Shown: positions 1 to 13,630 of the stretch, one piece after another
Position numbering within the stretch: the first letter of the stretch is position 1
How the letters are laid out: every line of letters starts with the position of its first letter
The notes under the pieces: model-generated
The model's database searches: none
Seen by the model: the letters and a program-made list of their open reading frames with translations, nothing else
Told to the model about the DNA's origin: nothing
DNA from: Phoronis australis
Taxonomy: Eukaryota > Animalia > Phoronida
DNA length: 64,000 nucleotides
Direction of reading: 5' to 3'
NCBI GenBank assembly: GCA_002633005.1
Contig: NMRA01000175.1
Location: 528,916-592,915 of the forward strand
Program-made: the position numbers and the translations under genes

Positions 1-1282
1 TAAATGGCAATAAAGCCTTGATTTACACAAATATTGGATAATGATGTAGGACAGAACACCATCGGTGTGTGTAGTCACAATGCAGGAAATACAATGTATA
101 ACTAAATAGCAACTTATGAAGGAACATTAATTCTGGTCTTCACCACCTTTTGACCACAAGTATGGTGGACAAGTCAATTTAATTTTGTTGAACTGCAAAA
201 ATAATGATCGAGATTTTTTTCTTATTGCCTGGTATTAGCTTGGAATGTACTGTGTGGACCTGACGAAGCAACAATTGACAAAGTTTTCCTTATTTGCAGT
301 GAAGTAATGAGTCTTTGAAAAAGAGAAAAATGTCAATTTTCCCAATGGCTTTTGTGCAAATTAAGTGAAGGATTACAGTATCATTGTACAACCAAAAACC
401 ATTGTGCTGTTAAATAGTGTTACAGATCAACCTCAACAATGTGTATCCCCATCACACTGCACAACAGACAATACATTTACAGCAATGCAACTCGTACATA
501 ATTCCCACACGTGTTTTCAATTTCCAAAAGTTTGCATGATTTTTCCAGAATTGAATTTTTGTTCCCATAATAATTTTCCCACAAACAAAATTAACGTGTG
601 GCAATTTAATTTTTTTGCTCTTGCATTGCCTAAGATGCACGGACCCGCATCAGGACTGTTTTACCTATATAATTGTCTATTAGTTTCCTACCATCTTGTA
701 ACCTCAGTTTCAATTCACCTGACTTCCTGAGCACAGACTTCCAGGTTTTCCGATTATGAGTGAGAATCAAGTTGAATGGGAACCTACTTTATATCACTCA
801 GCAAAACAACATCATATCATATTTAGATAGCCTCACATAACAGTGTGCAAGTACAGAACAATCCTAAAGATAATATCAGACTATCCATAGACCGAGGATG
901 AGCAAAATTTCCCTGACCAAGGCAACATTTCTCTTGCAAGGTCCACATTGCCTGAAATTCTCCACTGCTCGGTCGATACATGATTTATTACACAACCACT
1001 GAGATGCTTTAGCCAAGTGATTTCTTCATTTCTTACGGCACATTTTCACAAGCGTTGATTTACTATTATCATCAGTTTGCTTTGTTTATGCAGTCATGAG
1101 AGTGGTTTTTGTTGCCTGTACTTGGTCAATTCGTTCACAAATAGCGACATCTATCATCTGATTGGTTTGAATTAAAAATAATATTGCCCGGCCAGGCAAC
1201 ATCACTTCATAACAGAACTCATCATAATGCATTTTAGCCACAAAACATAAGATTCTCAGTGGTTGTGTAGTAATACATAACA

Positions 1283-4200
1283 TTACATGTTTACAAAAGT
1301 AGGTGAAGTGGCCACACCACAGTTGTTATCCTTCCAAGACATCAGCACATAGCCAACATTACCCCAATTAGTTGACCATGAGTTCTTCACCAGCCAATAG
1401 GCTTGTCCGTTCATCACTCCGTACCCAACGGCTAACACAGCATGGTCCAAATCATCTTCTGTGTTACCTAATAACAACAACTCAATGGTTTTAAAACGAA
1501 CTTTTCCATACCGGATTTTTTGGGGTTTATTTGTAGCGTCAAGTATACTTCTTTTTAACTACAAATTCTTATTTATTCTTTCAAATTTTTAGACAAGCGC
1601 ATTGTTGAGTTGAAGTAGAGTTGTCCAAAAGGACAACTAAGTGTTTGTGCTGCTAGGGAAAGTGGAAGTGAACACCGTGGCATTTTAGAGGGTATGTGAA
1701 CAGAGTAAAAGCTTGGTTGACATGAAGTCAGGTTGACATGAGCCGTACTCTGGTGATTCATTGAACCTATGCAATACTAATCTATAGTAAATCAATGTCT
1801 TGTCATCTTCGCATTTTTGTTGCATCATTCAGTCTGTGGATATCACTTTTTCTGGTATTTTTAGACACTTAACAAATGAAACTGGCATGTACTACTGTTG
1901 TAATTGTCAAAATTGATTTTCATATTTTCCATTCAACAAATTTGTCGGTGACTGCATCTTTCCTTTGGCATAATCTCCAGCAAAGACTCTAAAAGTGAAT
2001 GTTGCTGAAGACAATTTTTTAATGAGTCCTTCAGCGAATAATGTTAAAAATCTTGTTACTGAAACCATTCGTTGAAGCCACTGAGCAACAAAGACCATTC
2101 TTAAACTAAAGCGACCATAAACCCATGTTCCGTCCATGAAGCAAACTTTTCATTTAGACCACATACCGCTATAAAAATAGTCTCGACTCGTTAGTTACTA
2201 GGATAAGTGATTTCTGGGTTTGCAAAGAATTAACTGTTCGTTAATCCTTGAAATCTTACTCAGCACATAAAATGACACATTGTGACAAGCCTGCTTCTAG
2301 ACACTGGTCTGAAGCAATTATGAACTGTAAAAGCCCTGAAATGGCCTACATTGTGAACACGGAACAATCTGAGACTAATTTCATAATGGTTAGTGGGCTA
2401 AACCAGAAGTTGAATTTTGTGATCATTGAAAATGGGTTTATAACCCCTTTAAATAACTAAACTCTTACGGTGATGCTTTTTAAATCTGCCATTCTCAACT
2501 TACCACAAGCTGGATCATAGTAAACACCATCCGAGTAGAAACTGAACGAACGGTGAGATGCGTCAATTGCCACGGAGACGGGTCCCTCGTGGGCAATGGC
2601 CATCTTCAGAGCCTGCTGGTCACCCGGGGTAACGTTAACATAACCAGTAATCGAAGCTCCAATCGTGGCATTTTTAAAGTGGCAGTATCCATCCTATATG
2701 ATATCACAACACACTGCAGTCAGTATTTTTCAAACAAGCTGACAACGTTGAAACTCCACGAAACTTCAGCGCACAAAACCACCATTAAATAGCCAGTTCT
2801 GTTTGACCTGAAGCTATTTCAGTCTTGACTAAATCGTGACATAATATCGACAGGCATTGGCCCTTATGCCTTGTCAAAACTGCGACAACTTAGCACTTGT
2901 AAGTCCATTTTACAAGTAAACAACTAGCCGCTAGATGCAATGTCACATCAAATCCAGACTAAAGCTCAATTTAATTGATATTTTATTGCAACAAAAGTTT
3001 AATTGCCAAATAACTCTCGCAAGAAATTTGTCCATGTTTGACAGATACTTGGCGGAGTTCTGTCTAGTCTGTTTTGAAAACTACTGCAATCTACCAAATT
3101 GAATGCTGTCAATATACTTACTCAGTCTACTTTACATTATCAGCAGAATATGACATACAGTAAGGCTTTACACTGTTATGGCTAAAAGCAAAATATAAAA
3201 GAAATTAATTTCTTCCGAGTAAATTCGAGGTCATGTCTACGATTTTGAAGCAAGTCAGAACATTGAGCATTTCAACCGCATGCTCCTTTGTCAACTTATT
3301 TCATCAAAACTCATCAGGTCATTTTGAAATATATAACCCACAAGAACATGTACAAAATGATCCACAGGGGACCTAAAATACTTCACTTTGGCTGGAAGTG
3401 CTGTATGACTGAAAGTATTCATTCACAGGTAAGAAATACTTACCTGACCAAGGTAAAGCCCATACGATTCTTCTGTGGGCAGGCCATGTTTCATGATCCA
3501 CTGGTACGAGCGGAAGTCCTCGCCGCCATCACAGGCATTGTTACCCTCACCCCAGGAACAGTCCATCAACGCCTGCTGCGAGAGTCTCACTTGATGGCCT
3601 TTCTGTAGCAGCAATTAAAAAAAAATTCTTGGTCACATATCAATTATTAGTGGTGTGGTTATGTGCTTCACTTGTAATACATGGCAACATCTCAAGAAGT
3701 TTTGCGCATTGGCGAGGTCCTCGCCTCTACAGAAGACACAAGTTGTCAAGTGTTGACACTTGTATTTCACAGTGGGTAAATACCTACGCGAGTGGTGTTG
3801 TGTTATTTCAGGACAGGCCAACTGACGGCTCGTCATTTCCAAAAACAGCATAGCTGGACATGGAGTAGCAAATTAGTTTTTAAGCAGTGATTTATGCAAC
3901 ATCCTCCCATAAGCCTGTCATGAAAACAAGCAAAGTTGATATGCTTGAACATTGCGAGTGAATACCGTGAGGAAGAGTTTGCCCTCTACTGTGCCTGTAG
4001 TTCCAAAACTCCAGCAAGATCCGCAAACAGCCTGGTCTTTCACCGGTGTTACAGCACCTGAAATGCACAACTGACACTAGCAAGGGGAATACGATTATGC
4101 AAACATAATGACAAGTATTGAAGTTTTCCTCAGTTACAGTACAAGACAAAAGTAATCAGACACCGTTGTCCTGTCATGATGTCTAATTCTACCGACAGCA

Positions 4201-7200
4201 AAATTACTAGTAATACCTATTATGGTGGCCTAGTCACATGACTAACTTTTCTTTTGTTTCCCCTTCATTCTTGGTCATCAGAAAGGCTGCTCTAACGATG
4301 AATTCGGCTTCTGCCCAGCCATCATGACAGGTAAGTCCGAGTCATTTTTGTCTGAATACTCTTGGCTTGTATTGTTATTCTTAACCAGAATGAAAACAGA
4401 CTGAGTATATTTAACACTGTCTACTGCATTGTGAATCACTTAGCCAATGACAACAAAATGTTTCACCAATTAGGAGAGCTTTTTTCTCTGTTGCACCAAA
4501 ATTCCAAAAAGCAAAATACCAAAATAGCCTCTTCTAAGCTGTGAAGAAAAAAACAAAGGTCACGGAATGGAGGCACCACTGACAGCGCTGGGAACGCAGA
4601 AAAAACATGCACTCACGAATACTTCTGTTCAAGTTCTGAAAGTACTTTATTGTTTGCCTTGCAACACACTACAACAAAAATTGGGTTGTTTTGAACAGAC
4701 ACGTTTTGTTAACTTTCATGAATGCAGTCACCACTGCTTTTCTGGTGGAGAGGCAGCATGTTGGTAAATATGGCAGTTACTCTAGCAACTCTTGCTCGTT
4801 ACAGATGTTCCATGAATTGCCCACGCAACACGTTCACTATGCATAAAGCATGTTAGTTTGTGCAATAGTCTCTTATGCCATTTGGTAGACAGGAAAAATA
4901 AACATGTACCACTTGGTATGCACGAAAGTCAAATATATGCAATTTGGTATGCAAAAAAGTCAAAGATTTGCCATTTGGAACGCAAGAAAGTCTACAGTGT
5001 AATTTGGTAGGCAAGCAAGACAAACACGTGGAAGAGGTTTGCGCGAAGGTTAAAGGATACCTTCTAAAAGTTTGTATTTAAAGCACATTAAGTTTGATTA
5101 CTTGGATTCCATGTGGCTACAGTGCGCAGAGTGGAAATAAAATACTCAAATTGGATGGCTCCTCTACAAAGCAAGTACAAGGTGATACAATCAAGATAGA
5201 GTTTAAACTAGATGAGCTTCACATCCAAAACTAGTGCATCACAATTAAATCTAATTCTGATGCACCAAAATTATAATCCAAACAATGGTGTTACGAGATC
5301 AACTGGGCATTAAGGATTTGATCCGCTCAAAATTCCACAACTGATTTTATCTCCAAGCAAATAGCTTTGCGTAAAGATTCTAAACTGTAACCTTAAAGTT
5401 TCCAAAAGGTTTTTGGATTTTAAGCCAATTCAGGAGTGACCTTAACGACTAAAAGAAGCACTCCGCCGTTGTTTAGGGAGTTAATAACATTACCACGCTC
5501 ACTTGACCTTGAAATGTTGTTGAATGTGCTGGCAATTTAAGTTACAAGCAATGCATATGTCACGCACCATTTTCAAATTTTACAATTTTAGGGTTAGCTA
5601 ACCCTAATAAACACTGAAGTTGGTTTCTCGAGTCACTAATGGTTTCAAAAAGAAATCCCATAACAGTAGGAAATATTTATGGGACCATTTGTTCAGAGTA
5701 AAAGCACTTAGCCAGCTAAAGAAGATGAAATGCAGATCTAAGCAATCAAAATCCCAAAGAACTTTCAGATTTACTAAATCATTTAGGATTTATGTAGGAT
5801 GTTATGTTCAAGCCTGTGTAGTCACCCAAATAGACTTTAACTCAGTAAAATTATATAAATTCAGAAAGCCGATTTTTCTTACTTATACCAATCTGAATCT
5901 GTGTTGTTAGTAATATTTAGCATATTTAGGAGCATTTGCAAAAAAATGACGGTATCAAGAATATTGGGTAAATTTTGTTTGATATAAATGTTCAAGATGA
6001 AATCTCAAAAACACTGTTACAGTTTTCCAAATTTTTTTTTATTTGCATTTTAAGCAATTTTTTTATAAGAATCATAAAAGTCCTATTTTATTTTTAATAC
6101 TCCCTCATACATAAGTAGTTTCTGAGATATGATGTTCCGAAGTTGGCCAAATTTGGACTATTTTTCTAGGGTCCCACATAACCTTTAATGCAGTGCTGAG
6201 AAGAGCAAACATAAGAATTTTCATCACATGATTTTACATTGTGCAGCACACAGAAAATCCCAAGTTAACAAAAAGATGCCACACCGAGTAGCAAAGTCAG
6301 ACAAGAATTCAACCGAAATTCACTTCAAAATTCGTGGTGACTACCAAATTGAATTAAACTTAAAACTAATAATAAACATTTTTTTCAAAGATTCAATACC
6401 TTTGGTTCACAATGGTTCCGTTTATGTCATGAAATCAGTGCATTTGACACACTAACCATCACATATGAAACACATGCTCAAATTACAACAGGAAGTAAAG
6501 AGATGGAAGTCCCAATTGTTTGGCAAAAATTGGGTAAGGTCAGACCATGGACACACGCCTCCAGTGTTTTCCGTTCGTCTGAGTTCTCCGTTGGTAAGGG
6601 GGATTGTGTTAGACTGACATTATATTTATGGGAGAAATGAAAGAGGTATGCGTAATGTTGAATAATGGCGACAGCGGCGTGGCACATTTTTTTGCTCCCC
6701 GAGTTCGGACCTGAGGTTTAGCGGTTTCTGTTTTCATACAGCAACCCAGGATTTCCGTTAAGTCACATTTGGTGAGTTGGCGTTAAGCTAAGCGTCAAGC
6801 ACTGGTAATTTATCAGCACCATGAGTTGACAGTTCTCTCACCATACAGCCTCCAGTCAATCTGATCAGGTAGGTCTCTCCCTGTGTATTTAGCCTTTAGG
6901 AAGGGCAGTCCACCATGATGGCCCTTGGTCTTCCTGTAACCGTTCAACATTTGTCTCTCACTGTCCGACCAGTCGGCAATATGGTTAAGTTTGACGCGAT
7001 AACCAAGATTGGCTCGGTTGGTAGAGTGGACGAATCTGAAACATGATGACAAGGAAAATATGTGTTTACTTGTTTAGTGTCATTCTTTTACACATTTTTC
7101 ACAATCTCGTTTTTCTTTGTATACAAGAAATATGACCGTTGTGGAAGAACACTGAGTGACAGCAAATCTGTCTGTTGAAGCAATCAATGAGCTCCATTCA

Positions 7201-10200
7201 GTTTATGGTTTTGACGTCAGTAATAAGGAATGCTATCTCACCGATTTAAAAAACAAAACAAAAGATTACATCCCAAAACAAAATTGGCATTTTACAACAA
7301 ACAGAAGTTACTAATGGCACTGTCCTTAGTTATCCGTTATTCAACAATATCAATACCTGGTGTTGTGTCGGAAGTAGTTTTTCCTCGTCTCGTGTTCCTT
7401 GTGCGACTTGTATGTCCTTTTGTGGGTAGACTTGAACTCTTCAAACATTGGATGAACATGCCTGTCATCAGAGTGAATGTACTCTCTCATGGGGTTGTTC
7501 ATTACATGGTGTTTGTAGTTACCAGGCCCAGGGAACCCTCCGCAGTGAATCTCTGTAAAAAAAGTTAGTTGCTGATTTATAAAGCTGGACCCTGCACAAA
7601 CCAGGGCCCCGTGGGGCAGCTCAATAATGTGGCACCCAGGGTAGGGAGTGAAAGTCATGGAAAGGTGAGAAAGTACAAGAAATCTTAATTAGACGTAATA
7701 AGTATAATACAACCACAGCAATATTAATGCTGCTAGTATTTAGTACAGCTAATATTCATTATTGTAATATTATCGTCATTATCAATGTTATTATCATTAT
7801 TGAAGAATTATAGCTTAAAAAGAAGCATTATCGAAGAGAACAAACTAATTTTGTTTTTTCTGCGTCATAATAAAATAAAGTTAAGGAGTGCCTTTGAATT
7901 GTTCCATTCAATATTGGAATTTTCAAAAGTCACCTTAAACCTGACAGCTCACAGACAAAATTTTGTACAGAAATTGGAGATGGTTACGAAATCATTGATT
8001 ACAATGACCAAAAGTCAGTTTGTTACACTGATGGCTCTAAACTTGACAACAGACAGTCGGGATCAGGAATCTACTTTCCAGACCAGGTGACAACAAAAAA
8101 GCTGGATCTCACTGGGTAACACCTATACAGACTTTCAGGCTGAAATTGTCACCATTCACTGGGCTGCCCAACTGGCAAGAGAGCATGAAGCAGTCCTTGG
8201 TAACAAAGAACTCTTCATACTCTCAGACAGCCAAGCAACTATTAAAGCCCTAAGCCCAAGATCAATTCCCGTTGTGTCCAGGCCTGTGTAAACAAGCTTA
8301 ACAGCTGGTAGAGCTGTAATGTTCATATGAACCGAGTTAAAGCCCATGTTGGCATTGACGGTAACGAGGCTGCTGACAAACTTGCAAAAGAAGAAGCAAG
8401 TACACCTTGTTTTATATCATAACCTTGCTTACCAGTTGCCGATAGGTGTTGCAAAGCAAAGGTAAGACACTGGATGCGCAAACTGTCCGTGGATGCATGG
8501 AGAAAGCTCTCCGTCTGCAGACAAACCAAACAAATATTTCCAAGTCCTTGAACCAACAGGTTCAAAGAAACTGTTATGTTTAGATAGGCTTGCTACCAGC
8601 CACGTCATCCACGTTATTACTGAACACTGCAACTTAGCTCGGCACCATAACAACACAGGCCACATGGCATGTTCATATTGTCCCACCTGTGGCCTGGAGG
8701 CCAAGACTCCTCAACATCCAGTTGAGATTTTCCCATCCTACATTAGACACGGTTCTACAACTTGAACACATAAACTGCCTGATTGACACTGCTAGTTCAT
8801 TCAGGTTTAACAGTCTTTCTATCTTTCTGGAACAAACAGGCAGATTGGAGAATTTTACCCAGGAGGAAACAGATGGCGTCGCGTCCCCATGAGTCATAAT
8901 CAGATGATTAGTGTAATAATCCCAGCCTTGCAGCCTAAGCATGCCTGATGTACCTCAAAAGGCATCAGGCCAACTACACTCTTTCTTGTTTTAAACGTGA
9001 AAGCTGTTTTATTATACGATATAGGCAGATTATGTAGTTATACACCCACCAGTGGCTACCACATCTGTTGTGATAAATCCCAATATTGACCAGTCATACC
9101 ACCGTATTGAATGGTTCTATGGTAACTAAAGGAAGTTTTAAAAACTTTAAAAAACTTTTTGTGATTAGAAGTAATGCAAATCCCATCGTGATTTGATCTT
9201 AGGATCTTATGTTCACAAGACACTACTTTACTGCTGCACGCCCACCATGTCATATTGCATCACAGTGAGAACACAGAAAAACAACGAAAGGTCTGTAATA
9301 GTTGTATTGAATAGAACAAGTTGGGTGTCGTTTCCAGTGGATTTTGGTAGACCCCGACTTTTTGGGGACTTTTGTCTCGTTTTCTACTTTTTTCGGAGTT
9401 TTTGTTTCCCTGAGGCGGACCTTTTTGCCCACTTCGCCAAATGGGGGAGCCCTCCCTGGGTGTGCACATGCTGAAGATAAATTTAGAATGACCAGGATAC
9501 AAAACATGTTTTGAGTTTATGAGATCTGAAGTGAAATCTTACTTTGGAATGGATCTGTGAAAATCGTCTTTTTGGGTTTCTTGATTTGAAAGTTGGAATA
9601 GTCGATGTAGTATCTGTCGTAGTGCGAGCCAATCAAAGAGTCGAAGCCAATCATCTCATAGCGAACAGGTGTTGCAGTACCATTGGACATTTGAAGGTAC
9701 ATCGTGTACGTATTCTTCTTCCTTCCAACTATTGTCACATTCTGCCACACCTGGCAATGTTTGTTGTCATTGCAAGGGGAGTCATCACTGATTTTCTGAA
9801 ATCCAGTGTAAAAAAAAATGAAAATATGTAACAAAATGGGTAACGGCATTAAACACCATATCATAACCATTACTGTCACTATCATTAGTATTATGGTTGC
9901 TATTGTCATTTTTTTTTCGTTTTCAGAAGCTCACTATATTGTCAAAAATCTTCAAAGATTTCACCTTGGGGTTTATTGGTGACAACCATGCTACATAAAG
10001 TTTCAAAGCAAAATTATCTTCTTGGAATGTTTACTCGTGTTGAAAATTCCAATATAATATAATTTTATTGTTCCGTCATGTTGTGTTCTAATTTGAAGAA
10101 ACCCACTCACAGTACGAACATGGAATTTCGAAACGTACAATAATTTTTTAATTCCAGCCCAGTTTGAATTTTTTGTTGTGAAGTGATGATAGGCTTATAC

Positions 10201-11788
10201 CAGAGTGGTTACAATTTGTAGTTTCTCAATAGAAGGCCAATTACAGCAGTTTTCATTTCAAATACAAAACTTCGACTAAACTCACCGCAAACTGGGTCAA
10301 ATCGGGTAGAACTGACTGGATGCCCATTGAACTATTAACCGTACCATTCACAAGGAAGCACGTCTTAACGTTAGTAACAGTCTCAGTTGTCATTGGCGCC
10401 ACCTTGTAGGACTGGCCATATTTAACATCTCCCCGTTGAACGGTCTGTACCATGTCTAAGAAAAAAGACAATTAACCTTTACTAGCCTCAACAACCACTG
10501 GACATGTTTTCTCATAGCTATCTAAAAAGCTGATCAGTTTTTAATGCTGTTATCATTCTCGCAGATGTCATTCAAGATGCTACATTCACACACCCTTTGT
10601 CATTAAACTAACTTTTGACTCTGGCCATGTATCACTGCAATTTAAACTGGTCTCAGTTTATTCATCACTCACTCCGGAAGTGACTTGTGAAATCATACTC
10701 TGCCCATATCAAGGCAACTTTTTGAGTCAAGTTTCAATCAATAATGGGCAGTCAATTCTTCCAAGCTGACCAAGGAACGAGTAGCTCAGATCAGGTTTGA
10801 TTCCCAGAAAAGTGGCCTAAATCAATTTTTTGAATTTGTAGAAATTTAACTAATGCAGTCGCGTTCTGCTTTGTTTATTAAATAGTAAGACTTAGTTTAC
10901 TGGCCTAAAGATCAACTTTGGGCATCAAATAACAAGCGAACAGCAACAATTATGGTAAATTCTCACCATTTTAAGAAACAAATGAAACTTTATTTTTTAT
11001 TTTTTTAATGGAAGGTGCGTCACAATAAAGAAATGCTTTTCTGTACCATAGTAACCATCAGATAATACTTTGAGAAATTACAGGCATTCATAGAAGCTTT
11101 TAAAAATGAAAAGAGGACTATTTTATAATTTTTTGTTGGAGGTTGGTTAGACATAAGCATACTGGGGTAGAAGGGTAGATGCTTCTCCAGCTTCAGGTAA
11201 AGGAGCACCTTAAAGTGAATCGGATAATCTACCAGTGTTACAAACTGCCAATAGACACAACACGAGGACAGTGAAGTAGTTACGCATCTTAGAGAATTGA
11301 ATAGATCAAGATGTGATGCTTTCCTGACATTCACCGATGAATTGTAGACGAGGAAACAATAGCAGAATTAGCAGTGCTGCTGTCAAGCAAATTGCTTTTG
11401 GCACGTTTGGTTGAATCGTACAAATTTTCATATCAAATGCATGTTTGACATGGAATTCCATATCAAATGCGCACTTGATACAGAAGAGAAGTTGTTTCCT
11501 ATCCGACCATTTGCTAACACACATATCTCACAGTCATATTGTAAGATGCATAGGATAATATTGTACAGTTTGCCAATCACTTGACAATAGTACCTCCATA
11601 GTAGTCGATGCGGCTCATGTTGGCATCACCATCATAGTAAGCATAGAATGGCTCTTTGATCTCTGCATAGGGCAGTTGTAGTACACCTGATACAATATAG
11701 GTACGACTCCACTTTGGAGGATCCACTTTAGAGTTGGTCCACAGTCCTTGCGACATCGCCATGACAACATCAGCCCCAGACACCAAAC
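1283..11788 (-). CDS. 26/29-kDa proteinase-like papain-family (C1A) cysteine protease (cathepsin L-like with N-terminal 26-kDa domain; CfaD-like), spliced, 5'-most coding exon not resolved
   Basis: GT-AG exons with compatible phases: 11788-11594, 10455-10286, 9795-9543, 7552-7357, 7035-6842, 4057-3966, 3602-3444, 2693-2504, 1467-1283 (1634 nt, about 544 codons). N-terminal [31 protein letters not shown] and [17 protein letters not shown] are typical of the 26-kDa domain. ERFNIN-like propeptide [20 protein letters not shown]. Mature enzyme LPDQIDWR, catalytic [20 protein letters not shown]. Confidence 0.93.
4876..5030. repeat. Degenerate ~30-bp minisatellite in protease intron
   Basis: About 5 copies of a (gc/ca)atttggta(g/t)gcaagaaagtcaa-like unit. 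Confidence 0.6.
7900..8985 (+). mobile_element. 5'-truncated, decayed RNase H-containing non-LTR retrotransposon (I/R1/LOA group), antisense in protease intron
   Basis: Across frameshifts it reads [45 protein letters not shown] (RNase H), then ITEHCNL..CPTC..TPQH (C-terminal zinc knuckle). Confidence 0.85.
9330..9471 (-). mobile_element. Partial copy of G/C-tract MITE family A
   Basis: Reverse complement of the catttggcgaagtgggcaaaaaggtcc core seen at 28848-29093 and 32978-33224. Ends in ctgggtgtgcacatg. Confidence 0.75.
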
Positions 11789-12777
11789 CTGGAATGACAA
11801 CGTATATTACACTGGTCACAATGTCTTCAACTTTACCGTAACCAAGGACCTTAGCAACAAGTACAAACACTTGGCTAAATATCTACAAAACGACAAAATT
11901 TAACTAAAGTATGACTTTCTGAAAGTACAAGTCTGTAGTAGAATTAAATTTTTGACTTTATTCCAGTCTTCCAATATTTGGGTCACGTGACCATATATTT
12001 GAGTAAAATTTAGAAAAAAGGTATAATTATAGCAAAACAGTGGTAGCACTAACAATTATACTAAAATTTCTTAGAAATAAACATTGACGGTGAAATTTTA
12101 AAAACACTGCTACAGTTTTCTAATTGACTATTTTGCTCTCGTTTTCTGCTCTTTTTGATTTTTTAGTTAAAAATTATAAAAGGCCTGATAGCCCTCAGGC
12201 TATAAACTCCTTGCGTATACTGAGGATTTTAGGAGACTGTCTTAAGATTTTGTTTTAATTTAGAGCTTGTTTCCTGCATTTTAGAAAACCTGATTGTTTC
12301 AGTTAATTAAAATCTTCATAGAAAAATACCGGTAGGTTTAATTTTAATCCAAAGTTTGGCACTGTAAAGTAAAGAATTTTTCAGGAGAATTTAAAAGAGC
12401 ATTCAAAGTCAACAGTTGAAATCAAGGATATCTCAAATCTTATTAATTATCAAAAATTAGCCAATTTTACAATATTTCATGTCTAAAAATACCTCATCTT
12501 CATCTCGGTGGAACTTCAAATACAAAACATATACTGTGTAGTGTGAAAAAAAGATTTAGCAGAACCACCTTAAACCGCATGGAAATTTGTTTACAACAGC
12601 TTCTTATTTAATTTGAACTTTTCTTATCTAGTAAAAATTTGCTTTTCATGGACAAAAATGGGGACACCCACATAAATATAGTGTTTCCACATAAAATATG
12701 ATTATAGGTGGGCACACCTGTCAGTAAAGGTTGATCAGCGAAATCTCTGTTTGTAACTGGGTACACCAAATGTGGAA

Positions 12778-13075
12778 TGGGTCTATCTATATGTATATAA
12801 CTGGACCCATCGCGACGGGTCCAGTTATATTTATATAGACAGACCCATCCTGGCTGGTCAACCTATATGTATATAACTGGACCCATTACGACGGGTCCAG
12901 TTATATTTATATAGACAGACCCATCCCGGCAGGTCAACCTATATATGTATATAACTGGACCCGTTACGATGGGTCCAGTTATATTTATATAGACACACCC
13001 ATCCCGGCAGGTCAACCTAGATATGTATATAACTGGACCCGTTACGATGGGTCCAGTTATATTTATATAGACAGA
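12778..13075. repeat. Tandem array of four ~77-bp palindromic units
   Basis: Unit tatatgtatataactggaccc-N7-gggtccagttatatttatatagacagacccatcccggcaggtcaacc, repeated 4 times. Confidence 0.95.
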
Positions 13076-13551
13076 CAAAACAAAACCACCACTAGGTGGC
13101 GCGCCAGAGTAGTCAAAGTCATCATCATCAACCGTCCTCTTCACCCTGAGCACATATATGCCAATTTTCAAAAAACGTCAAAAAACAGACTCTAAAACAG
13201 CAAAAATGGCCACTAGCTGGTGCAAAGTACCTTGATTCCATCCAAAAATTGGAGGATAGTGTCATCTCACCAATAGATGCCCATATTCAAAGTTTTGTGA
13301 AAATCTGTTGAGGACCTTTGAAGATACAGAGGTAAACGAAAAACTAAAATTGCCACCAGGGGACATACCAGCAGTTAGATCCATCCCAAAATCATCGTCG
13401 TCCGTTGCCAACATCATATAAACATGCTTCTTAAATTAAGTAAAGATCCTGCAAACAGTTTATATAAGGTCAAAGCTTACAGAGCTGTTAGCCAAATTGA
13501 ATCTTCCGCTTAGCTTGTGCACTCCCCAAAATTCACTGTCCTTTCATTCAC

Positions 13552-13630
13552 CGAGTCGCCATACGATTGAGTTAACGAGATGTACATAGCATGGAAATAT
13601 GTCGCCGCAGAAAATGAAGACAAAACGCAT
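13552..13630 (-). CDS. Candidate first coding exon of the cysteine protease (MRFVFIFCGDIFPCYVHLVNSIVWRL-G)
   Basis: ATG at 13630, 79 nt, phase-1 end at CG|GTGAAT matching the phase-1 start of exon 11788. The hydrophobic start is only loosely signal-peptide-like. Confidence 0.2.

Noticed and set aside
12778-13075. CRISPR-like look of palindromic repeats (also 43320-44290 and 58755-59300)
   Set aside because: Spacers are not unique, there are no cas genes, and the context is eukaryotic; these are minisatellites.
12863-13171. Repetitive ORF (YINITGPIVTGPVIY)n, and 49334-49892 ORF extensions
   Set aside because: Translations of minisatellites.
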